In this document: piece after piece, positions 7,668 to 14,895 of the stretch
Numbering within the stretch: position 1 is the first letter of the stretch
How the letters are laid out: every line of letters starts with the position of its first letter
NCBI GenBank assembly: GCA_036820975.1
Contig: DAISKN010000003.1
Location: 1-33,780 of the forward strand
Length of the DNA: 33,780 nt
DNA from: Acidobacteriota bacterium
GTDB lineage: Bacteria > Acidobacteriota > Vicinamibacteria > Marinacidobacterales > SMYC01
Direction of reading: 5' to 3'
Program-made: the position numbers and the translations under genes
Notes under the pieces: model-generated
Told to the model about the DNA's origin: nothing
The model's database searches: none
What the model saw: the letters and a program-made list of their open reading frames with translations, nothing else

Positions 7668-10169
7668 ATGGACTGGCGTCGTTGGCCAGCCAGCGTCAAG
7701 ATTTACGTAGCAGCGGTCGTCGGGGTCGGAGTACCCGTCTACGGATGGGCCCTCTACCAGTCCTTCGCCACCGCGCGCGCGTATCCTCCCGATAAGCTCG
7801 TCAGCCTGCTCGGGATTCTCTTCGTCGCCGGCTTGAGCGCGCGTTGGGTAGTGCGGATTCCCCGCACCACCAACTGGATCGCCGTCGCCGACTGCCTCAT
7901 CATCAGTATCGTCATGATCTACGGCCTGGCGCCGGGGATCGTGGCCGCCGGTTTCTTTCACACGGTGAGCTACTGGTTCGCGGTGGAGCGCGAGCCGCAG
8001 GAGCACCACGGCGTGAAGCTCATCTGGAGCCGCCTGCGGGCGCTCTTCAACCTCTCGTTGAGCGCGCTTCACGCGCTTGCCTACGGCGCGGTCTTCCTCG
8101 CGGTCAAGCCCGCCGAGCCCATCACCGCCCCGGAGATCGTCTTCCCGGTGCTGCTGCTGGGTCTGACCTACTTCTTGGTGAACGCCCTCGGGATCCACGT
8201 GGCTCAGGCTCTCTGGGGGCAGGCCCGTTTCTGGGAGCTGTGGCGCGAGGACTTTCCCCTCATTCCCATCTATTTCGTCGCCTCCGCCTGCGGCGCGGCC
8301 ATCGTCTATCTCTTCCATGAGCTCGTGGGGCCGGGCGCCTTCGTCCTCGCGCTTCCGTTCTGGATCGTCGCCTACTATGCCCACCGTTTCTACAAGGAGA
8401 AGTACGAGGAGCTGGCGAAGGTGCACCGCCAGACGCTCGAGGCCTTCGCGTTCTGCATCGACGCCATGGAGCTCCATACGGACTTCAAGCACCACACGCA
8501 CACCCATATCCAGAGGACCCAGGTCCTGACCCTCGGCCTGGCGCGGGCGCTCAACGTGGACGAGAAGACCTATGAGGGGCTCCGCTACGCCTCGGTGCTG
8601 CACGACGTGGGCAAAATCTCGATCCCCTCGTACATACTCCACAAGCCGACGCGACTCACCGAGCGCGAGTTCCAGAAAATGAGCACTCACCCGGCGGTGG
8701 GAGCCCAGATCCTTTCCTCCATCGACTTCCCGTTCCCGGTGGTCGCCATCGTCAAGCACCATCACGAGAACTGGGACGGAAGCGGCTACCCCGACGGGCT
8801 CCGAGGCGAGGAGATCCCGCTCGGGTCCCGCATCCTCTCGCTCGCGGACTGCTACGAGGCGCTGACCGCGCGCCGCGTCTACCGGCGCTCGCTCTCCCGG
8901 GATGCCGCGGTCGCGATCATGAAGCGGGAGTCTCACAAGTTCGATCCCCGCGTCTTCCGGAGGTTCCTCGAGGTCGTCTCCGACCTGGACGCGGAGCTGA
9001 ACTCCATCGAAGTGCGCTCGCTCACCGACCCCAAGGAGCACACCGATCGCGCCCGGGACCGCGACATCGTGGGCCAGCCGAAGTCGGTCACGCTCTCGAG
9101 CTCGATCTCCGAGCCGCAGCAGGAGATCTTCACCCTGTTCGAGATCTTCCAGAACATCGGGAACTCCCTTTCGAAGACCGACACCCTCACCATCCTCGCT
9201 TCGAAGCTGGAGAAGATCGTTCCCTTCACCACCCTCGTCATCTATCTGGTCGAGGACAGCTCGGGCGAGCTCCGGCCGGCTCATATCGGCGGGGTGAACA
9301 AGGAGCACTTCAACGATCTCGCGATCGAGATCGGAACGAGGCTCGCGGGGTGGGTCGCCGCCAACAACCGCTTCCTCTACAACGTCCATCCCGGTCCGGA
9401 CACCATGACGCTTCCGCCCGAGGTGCGAGGCCTCTACGGGAACTCGCTCCTGGCTCCCCTGGTTCACGAGGAGAGGCCGATCGGGACCATCGCCCTCTAC
9501 GTCGCCGGCGACGACAAGTACACCGACGACCATATCCGCCTCATGGAGATCGTGAGCAACCGGGCCTCGATCGCTCTGTTCAACGCGATTCGATTCGAGG
9601 AGACGCAGGAGGACGCCTTCACCGACCGGCTCACCGGGCTTCCCAATTCTCGGTTCCTCTACATCTTCTTCGAGCAGACGCTCTCCGAGGCCAAGCGCTA
9701 CGGCGAGCCGCTGACGGTCATCGAAATGGACCTCGACGACTTCAAGAGCGTGAACGATCGACACGGACACCACACCGGCGACCGTTTCCTGAAGGAGGTG
9801 GGGCGAATCCTGAAAGAGCAGATGCGCGACTCCGACGTGCTGGTGCGCTACGCGGGAGACGAGTTCATCGCCGTCCTCCCCAAGACCTCCTACGAGCAGG
9901 CGCGCCAGTTCTCCTACCGCCTCCAGGACGCCGTGGAGGCCACGGTGCTCGACGTCGGCGTCGGGCCGCTCAAAGTGGGAATCTCCCTGGGGCTCGCCTC
10001 CTATCCGGCTTCGGGAAAGGACCTGGAGTCGCTCCTCATGGCCGCGGACAAGAACATGTACGAGGACAAAGCTCGAAGACGGGGCCGCAAGCGCGGGGTC
10101 GAGCCTCCCGCCGACAGCTTCCAGCCGAGCCTGTTCGAGAAGGAAGAGCTCCACCCGCGGCCGGGCTGA
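7668..10169 (+). CDS. membrane-bound c-di-GMP turnover protein: ~7 TM N-terminal domain, HD-GYP phosphodiesterase, GAF, GGDEF (AGDEF variant) diguanylate cyclase
   Basis: 833-aa ORF. About 7 hydrophobic helices in the first ~230 aa. HD-GYP motifs are intact (VLHDVGKI ... HHHENWDGSGYPDGL). A GAF-like segment follows (~aa 480-650). GGDEF domain: DLDDFKSVNDRHGHHTGDRFL...RDSDVLVRYAGDEFIAVLP, with an RxxD I-site exactly 5 aa before AGDEF (AGDEF codons at 9852-9866). GGAG lies 5 nt upstream of the ATG. Confidence 0.9.
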   Translation: MDWRRWPASVKIYVAAVVGVGVPVYGWALYQSFATARAYPPDKLVSLLGILFVAGLSARWVVRIPRTTNWIAVADCLIISIVMIYGLAPGIVAAGFFHTVSYWFAVEREPQEHHGVKLIWSRLRALFNLSLSALHALAYGAVFLAVKPAEPITAPEIVFPVLLLGLTYFLVNALGIHVAQALWGQARFWELWREDFPLIPIYFVASACGAAIVYLFHELVGPGAFVLALPFWIVAYYAHRFYKEKYEELAKVHRQTLEAFAFCIDAMELHTDFKHHTHTHIQRTQVLTLGLARALNVDEKTYEGLRYASVLHDVGKISIPSYILHKPTRLTEREFQKMSTHPAVGAQILSSIDFPFPVVAIVKHHHENWDGSGYPDGLRGEEIPLGSRILSLADCYEALTARRVYRRSLSRDAAVAIMKRESHKFDPRVFRRFLEVVSDLDAELNSIEVRSLTDPKEHTDRARDRDIVGQPKSVTLSSSISEPQQEIFTLFEIFQNIGNSLSKTDTLTILASKLEKIVPFTTLVIYLVEDSSGELRPAHIGGVNKEHFNDLAIEIGTRLAGWVAANNRFLYNVHPGPDTMTLPPEVRGLYGNSLLAPLVHEERPIGTIALYVAGDDKYTDDHIRLMEIVSNRASIALFNAIRFEETQEDAFTDRLTGLPNSRFLYIFFEQTLSEAKRYGEPLTVIEMDLDDFKSVNDRHGHHTGDRFLKEVGRILKEQMRDSDVLVRYAGDEFIAVLPKTSYEQARQFSYRLQDAVEATVLDVGVGPLKVGISLGLASYPASGKDLESLLMAADKNMYEDKARRRGRKRGVEPPADSFQPSLFEKEELHPRPG

Positions 10170-10197
10170 CGCCCCGGAATCACGTCACCTGGAACGC

Positions 10198-11175
10198 ATG
10201 GGCCGCGTTGTCCTTTCCCGTCTCGCCTCGGCTGTACCCCTGCTCGTGGCGACGACGCTTCTTTCGTTCCTGCTCGTCCACTGGGCGCCCGGTTCGTTTC
10301 TCGATAAGCTCCGGCTCCAGCCGGGGTTTCCGCAAAGCGTCATCGATCTACTGGAGGAGCGCTACGGCCTGGACCGGCCCTGGCACGTCCAGTACTCCTC
10401 CTGGCTCTGGTCCGCTGCCCGCGGAGACTTCGGCCTCTCCTTCAGTTTCCAGCGGCCGGTCGCGGAGCTCCTGAAAGAAAGCGTGCCGCGGACGCTCGCG
10501 CTCGCGGCGGCGGCGCTCCTCTTCTGCGCGCCGGCCGGAACCATCCTCGGGCTCCTCTCGGTGCGAAAGCTCAACGGGTCCTGGGATCGCCTCGCCTGCC
10601 GCGCGGCCCTCGCCCTCGTCTCGGTGCACCCGGTGATTCTCGCCATCCTCGCCTTGAGCATCGCCGCCTGGACAGGGTCGCTTCCGCTCGGAGGCGGCTC
10701 GAGCTTCGAGGCATCCGCCCTCCCCTGGTGGGGTCGCGGCGCCGATTACCTGCGGCACCTCGTCCTTCCGGCGACCGTCCTGGTCCTCGTGATGCTTCCC
10801 GGGTTCTTCCTTCAGGCAAGGGGGATGATGGCGGAAATGCTTCCCTCTCCGTTCGTCGCCGCCGCCCGGGCTCAGGGCCTGCCGGAGCGAGCTCTCCTGC
10901 TCCGCCACCTCCTTCCCGCGACGCTCGCTCCTCTGGTGAGCTACACCTCGAGCTCGCTTTCACGCCTCCTCAATGGAGCGTTTCTCGTGGAGGTCGTCAC
11001 CGGATGGCCGGGGATGGGGAGGCTCGCGCTCGAGGCGCTCCGCGAGCAGGACTATTTTCTCCTGCTGGGCACGCTCGTGGTCGCCGGCGTCCTTCTCTCG
11101 CTCGGAAACCTGGTCGCTGACCTGCTGCTCGCGGAAGCCGACCCGCGAATCCGTCTCGAGGAGGCTTCGACGTGA
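10198..11175 (+). CDS. ABC transporter permease (OppB/DppB-like)
   Basis: 325-aa polytopic ORF with a typical N-terminus (MGRVVLSRLASAVPLLVATTLLSFLLVHWAPGSF), the ERYGLDRPW motif and a BPD_transp_1-like core. Confidence 0.9.
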   Translation: MGRVVLSRLASAVPLLVATTLLSFLLVHWAPGSFLDKLRLQPGFPQSVIDLLEERYGLDRPWHVQYSSWLWSAARGDFGLSFSFQRPVAELLKESVPRTLALAAAALLFCAPAGTILGLLSVRKLNGSWDRLACRAALALVSVHPVILAILALSIAAWTGSLPLGGGSSFEASALPWWGRGADYLRHLVLPATVLVLVMLPGFFLQARGMMAEMLPSPFVAAARAQGLPERALLLRHLLPATLAPLVSYTSSSLSRLLNGAFLVEVVTGWPGMGRLALEALREQDYFLLLGTLVVAGVLLSLGNLVADLLLAEADPRIRLEEAST

Positions 11176-12113
11176 GGGCGGGCGGGGTGATTCTCGTCGT
11201 CCTCGGGCTCCTGTCCCTGTTCGGCCCCGAGCTCGCTTCACAGTCCCCCTTCGCCCAGGATCGCGAGCGCGTCTATGAGCCGCCGTCGTTCGCCACCCAC
11301 GTTCTCGGAACCGACGACCTGGGAAGGGACGTGCTCTCGCGGACCCTGCATGCGGCCCGCTTCACCCTCCTGACCGCGGTCGCGGGCGTGGTCCTCGCGG
11401 TCTTCCTGGGCAGCGCCGCCGGTTGCCTCGCGGGGCTCCTCGGTGGAATGTGGGATCGTCTGGTGATGCGCTCGACCGAGCTCTTCATGGCGCTTCCGGC
11501 GCTCTACCTGATCCTCGCGCTGCGGAACCTCTTTCCCGACTCCATCGGTCCATTCGACGCCGGACTCATCGTGGTGATCTCGCTCGCGGCCGTCGGCTGG
11601 AGCGGTGTCGCGCGGCTCGTGCGCGGCCAGGTGCTGTCGATTCGCGAACAGGCGTACATCGTCGCCGCCCGGGCGGCCGGAGCTTCGCGGGCACGGCTGC
11701 TCCTCGTCCACGTCCTCGGAATCCTGCGGCCGTTCCTGCTTCTGCAGCTCGGGCTCCTCGTCCCCTACTTCCTTCTCGGCGAGGTCACCCTCTCGTTTCT
11801 GGGGCTGGGTCTCGCGGATTCCGCGCCGAGCTTCGGGAACATGCTTTCGAGCGCGGTCGAGGACGCGAGCTTCCTCGGAGGTCGCTGGTGGACATGGGTG
11901 CCGCCCGCCGCGCTCCTGACGCTCGCGGTTCTTGGATCGAACCTCTGGATAGAGACCCTCCGGACGCGCTACCTGGGATACCGGGGGGGAGCCCTGGCGG
12001 GCTACCTCGGGCCGCCGGAGCGGGCGGGCCTCGAGAGCTGGGCCGCGAGAGCCTCGCGCTTCTGGTCTTCCTCTATGTGGGGCTCGAAGCACTTGCGGCA
12101 GCGCGCCTCGTAG
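11172..12113 (+). CDS. ABC transporter permease (OppC/DppC-like) with an atypical C-terminal extension
   Basis: GTG start overlaps the oppB-like stop (GTGA), with GAGGAGG 7 nt upstream. OppC-like features: HVLGTDDLGRDVLSR, EQAYIVAARAAGASRARLLLVHVLGILRP. The last ~38 codons (from about 11997) are read antisense through a thymidine kinase gene fragment. Confidence 0.85.
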   Translation: MRAGGVILVVLGLLSLFGPELASQSPFAQDRERVYEPPSFATHVLGTDDLGRDVLSRTLHAARFTLLTAVAGVVLAVFLGSAAGCLAGLLGGMWDRLVMRSTELFMALPALYLILALRNLFPDSIGPFDAGLIVVISLAAVGWSGVARLVRGQVLSIREQAYIVAARAAGASRARLLLVHVLGILRPFLLLQLGLLVPYFLLGEVTLSFLGLGLADSAPSFGNMLSSAVEDASFLGGRWWTWVPPAALLTLAVLGSNLWIETLRTRYLGYRGGALAGYLGPPERAGLESWAARASRFWSSSMWGSKHLRQRAS

Positions 12114-12144
12114 GACTCCACTCCGCCGACCACCACGCGGTCGG
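11997..12144. repeat. direct repeat copy 1 (148 bp, 4 mismatches versus 13639-13786)
   Basis: Base-by-base comparison. 11997-12119 versus 13639-13761 differ at one position (t/c at 12008/13650). The next 25 nt carry 3 mismatches. Recognisable but diverged, gapped homology continues to about 12235 versus about 13853. Confidence 0.9.
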
Positions 12145-12380
12145 TTTCCCCCTCCCCCAACCAGCAAAGGCGAGAGCCACGGGGCGCCGCGTGTGGCTGG
12201 CGGGGCTGCCGTCAGCGCATGCCGATCGGGAGGGCTCAGTCGCTTCGATCGCACGGGCTCTGATCGACGCCGGGGCCGACGTGAAAAGCACCGCAACCGG
12301 CGGGCCTCTCGCGCGCGCCCCATGCCTCTTGACCAGCTCCGCGTTCCCGACGATCGAGTCGAAGGGAGGGCGGTGATGAC
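12003..12380 (-). pseudogene. decayed thymidine kinase paralogue (3' end well preserved, remainder frameshifted and deleted)
   Basis: 12003-12144 is almost identical to the 3' end of tdk, including its TAG stop. 12145-12235 aligns at roughly 80 percent with a ~25-nt insertion and frameshifts, and the zinc-ribbon CxxC (CMRC in tdk) is lost. Collinear islands further in: tcttgaccagctccgcgt (12327-12344) versus tcttcaccagctccgcgt (14064-14081), and cggtgatgac (12371-12380) versus 14229-14238. Extent beyond 12235 is less certain. Confidence 0.65.
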
Positions 12381-12416
12381 GTATCGCCGCCCCCCCGACC
12401 GTCTTCTGAACCCGCC

Positions 12417-13376
12417 TCAGTTCAGTGTGGTCGTGCCTGGCGGCGACTCGTTGTCCGCGGTATCGACGGCGATGACCGCGATGTCGCTGTCACCGAATAA
12501 GCTGTCGACTTCCGGGGCGATGGTCTGGCCAACGACCACGGCACGCAGCTCACCGTTGACGTACACGTCGTAACGGATGAGCGACTGTGGGGCGAGATCA
12601 TCCGTCGAGGGCTCCCAATCCACGATGATGAACCCCCCATCGTCTTCTGCCGTGACGTTCATGGGTTGTGTCGGAGGAGTGTGGTCGTTGGGGTCGGCGG
12701 GGTCGGTCGTCACGAAAACGGGGTCGCTCATGGGCGAGTTGTTCCCGTCAAAGTCCCGGGCCCGCACGGTGAACGCATAAGTCGTATCTTGATCCAGTGG
12801 AACACAGCCCGTGGGCACCAGGACCACGGCGCAGGTAAACGTCGCCGTTCTCGAATTCAGCGTGACGACGGGCTGCCCGTCGATGAAGGTCGTGTACCAG
12901 ATGATCGAGCCGTCGTCCGTGGACGACCAGCTCAGCGACGCGTGCGTCGGGCCGACATCCAGCAATTCCACGACGGGCTTCGTCGGCGCGGCGATCTCCC
13001 CGGGTAACGTGACCGTCACGGGGTTGCTGGACGAGGACAGGTTCCCGGCAGCATCCCTCGCGTAGACACGGAAGGTATACCTCTTGCCCGATTGCAGGCC
13101 CTCGAGGGTATGACTCGTCTCCGTCTGAGGGACGGTCACGTTCGTGGGAGCGCAGCAGACGAGGTAGACGAAGCTGCCCGAATTGTCCGTGGAGGGTCCC
13201 CATGCCAGCGACACGCTGTGCTCGGTTGTCGCCGTGACTACGAGGCCGGTCGGCGCCGTCGGTTTTGTGCGATCTCGAAACCGGAAACTTTGGGCCGAAA
13301 GGACGGACGAACAAAATAAGACGGCGAGGGTCAGCATGAAAGCGATCGTGAACGACGAGTGCAATGTTCTCTTCAT
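12417..13376 (-). CDS. secreted protein with three fibronectin type III-like repeats
   Basis: 319-aa ORF with signal peptide MKRTLHSSFTIAFMLTLAVLFCSSVLSAQS. Three repeats follow the bacterial FN3 pattern (PTAPTGLVVTATTEHSVSLAWGPSTDNSG...YTFRVYARDAAGNLS; APTKPVVELLDVGPTHASLSWSSTDDGS...YAFTVRARDFDGNNS; TPPTQPMNVTAEDDGGFIIVDWEPSTDD...IAVIAVDTADNES). GGAG lies upstream of the ATG. G+C is visibly lower than in the neighbours. Confidence 0.85.
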   Translation of the reverse strand: MKRTLHSSFTIAFMLTLAVLFCSSVLSAQSFRFRDRTKPTAPTGLVVTATTEHSVSLAWGPSTDNSGSFVYLVCCAPTNVTVPQTETSHTLEGLQSGKRYTFRVYARDAAGNLSSSSNPVTVTLPGEIAAPTKPVVELLDVGPTHASLSWSSTDDGSIIWYTTFIDGQPVVTLNSRTATFTCAVVLVPTGCVPLDQDTTYAFTVRARDFDGNNSPMSDPVFVTTDPADPNDHTPPTQPMNVTAEDDGGFIIVDWEPSTDDLAPQSLIRYDVYVNGELRAVVVGQTIAPEVDSLFGDSDIAVIAVDTADNESPPGTTTLN

Positions 13377-13638
13377 ATCGGCTCCTCTCTATGACTCGAC
13401 CTTTTTTTGCGCCAGGGCCGGGCGGATTAGCGGTATCCGGTCAGAGGGCTGTGCAAAGGCCGTGCCCAGGCCGTTTGTCCCTCGCAATGGCACTGTCGCG
13501 CGCATTCTCGGGTTTACCCGACGAGAGCGATTTCGCTTTTCGGTAGGCGTTTACCGGAGCGGTAACGGATGGGAATTCGTGGCCGTGGGCCCGATGAATG
13601 CCGGTCGTCTCAACCAGTCGGCCGCAGCGGTCGTCGTC

Positions 13639-13786
13639 GGCGGGCTACCCCGGGCCGCCGGAGCGGGCGGGCCTCGAGAGCTGGGCCGCGAGAGCCTCGC
13701 GCTTCTGGTCTTCCTCTATGTGGGGCTCGAAGCACTTGCGGCAGCGCGCCTCGTAGGACTCCGCTCCCCCGACGACCACGCGGTCG
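13639..13786. repeat. direct repeat copy 2 (covers the 3' end of the intact tdk)
   Basis: See copy 1. It includes the tdk stop codon (13645-13647) and its last ~47 codons. Confidence 0.9.
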
Positions 13787-14283
13787 GTCGAGGCCACGAG
13801 CCGCTGCGTGTGGTTGGCGGGGTTGCCGCAGCGCATGCAGATCGCGAGGGTCTTGGTGATGTACTCCGCCACCGCCAGGAGCTGCGGCATCGGCTCGAAG
13901 GGCTTTCCCAGATAGTCGGTGTCGAGGCCCGCGAGGATCACGCGCTTTCCGCTGTTCGCCAGGACGTTCGAGACCTCCACCAGCCGCAGGTCGAAGAACT
14001 GACCCTCGTCGATCCCCACCACCTCGGTGCGGGGAAGGATCTTCTCGAGGATTTCGTCCGCGGTCTTCACCAGCTCCGCGTCGATGCGCATGTCGCTGTG
14101 GGAGACGATGTGCTCGAGGCTGTAGCGCCCGTCGATGTCGGGCTTGAAAATCTGGACCCGCTGTCTCGCGATCTGCGCCCGCCGGAGCCGCCGGATCAGC
14201 TCCTCGCTCTTGCCGCTGAACATGCTTCCGGTGATGACCTCGATCCAGCCATGACTCGCCGCCTGAGAACGCACAACGTCCAT
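13645..14283 (-). CDS. tdk: thymidine kinase
   Basis: 212-aa ORF with P-loop [24 protein letters not shown], and C-terminal zinc-ribbon cysteines (CMRCG ... CRKC). Confidence 0.95.
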   Translation of the reverse strand: MDVVRSQAASHGWIEVITGSMFSGKSEELIRRLRRAQIARQRVQIFKPDIDGRYSLEHIVSHSDMRIDAELVKTADEILEKILPRTEVVGIDEGQFFDLRLVEVSNVLANSGKRVILAGLDTDYLGKPFEPMPQLLAVAEYITKTLAICMRCGNPANHTQRLVASTDRVVVGGAESYEARCRKCFEPHIEEDQKREALAAQLSRPARSGGPG

Positions 14284-14289
14284 TTCGGT

Positions 14290-14895
14290 TCAGCCCCTGT
14301 TTTCCATTCCGTAGCCAGGCGCATTATAGAACGGGGCGAGGGCGTGGATCAGCGATCGCACGAACGCCTCCTCCCGGCTCACCAGCATCCGCGTCAGGAT
14401 TCCGAAGGTGCCCTCGTTCGCCGCGATCTCCCGCCGTCCGAAGTATCGATCCGCCGCCGGGCCGAGCTCGATGCCCGCGAGCACCGGATCCGCCAACCCT
14501 CCGGGGAGCGGAATCGCGCCGCTGCCGCCGAAGAAGCCCCGTCGCCCGTCGGTGACATGGGCCCAGGCCTCGAGGAAGAGAAAGCCCCCTGCGCTCGCGA
14601 CGCCGCCTTCCAGACCTATGCCGAGAGTCGGGCGCCTTCCCTCGGACAGGAGCGCCTGATATACGGACGAGGCGCGATTCTGCGCGCCGCGCATGGTCTC
14701 CTCCGTCGATCGGGGTGTCGAGGAGACCCCCGAGGGGACGCTCCGCGTCTGCAGTTGGATCCCGCCCGGCAGGAAGTCGGGCAAGCGCTCGCGGAGCTCG
14801 GACAGGGCGCGCTCGACGGCGCGAATCTTGGGGGCCCGCGTGGTGCCTACGGCGATGACCGCTTCGACGTCCGTGGCGTCCTTAGAGGGGGTCAT
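14290..14895 (-). CDS. YjjX/DUF84-family non-canonical purine NTP phosphatase (inosine/xanthosine triphosphatase-like)
   Basis: Internal start of track ORF 14290..15129. The ATG (complement of 14893-14895) gives MTPSKDATDVEAVIAVGTTRAPKIRAV...SGVSSTPRSTEETMRGAQNRA...LGIGLEGGV...ALAPFYN. My alignment from memory to E. coli YjjX covers the TNPxK-like, SGVxxQPxGxEET, GARNR and LEGG motifs. The start overlaps the upstream gene by 14 bp. Confidence 0.75.
   Translation of the reverse strand: MTPSKDATDVEAVIAVGTTRAPKIRAVERALSELRERLPDFLPGGIQLQTRSVPSGVSSTPRSTEETMRGAQNRASSVYQALLSEGRRPTLGIGLEGGVASAGGFLFLEAWAHVTDGRRGFFGGSGAIPLPGGLADPVLAGIELGPAADRYFGRREIAANEGTFGILTRMLVSREEAFVRSLIHALAPFYNAPGYGMENRG

Noticed and set aside
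7641-10154. 837-aa ORF antisense to the HD-GYP/GGDEF gene, plus other long track ORFs: 1635..3047(+), 5067..6755(-), 13183..14937(+), 17362..18852(+), 19053..20990(-), 20680..22572(-), 24094..25782(+), 26159..28183 part of 26159..29257(+), 28523..29956(-), 30031..31251(-)
   Set aside because: They are Arg/Gly/Pro/Ala/Asp-rich, low-complexity translations with no recognisable motifs, and they lie exactly opposite or out of frame to ORFs with clear family signatures. This is the classic stop-codon-poor shadow-ORF pattern of high-GC DNA.
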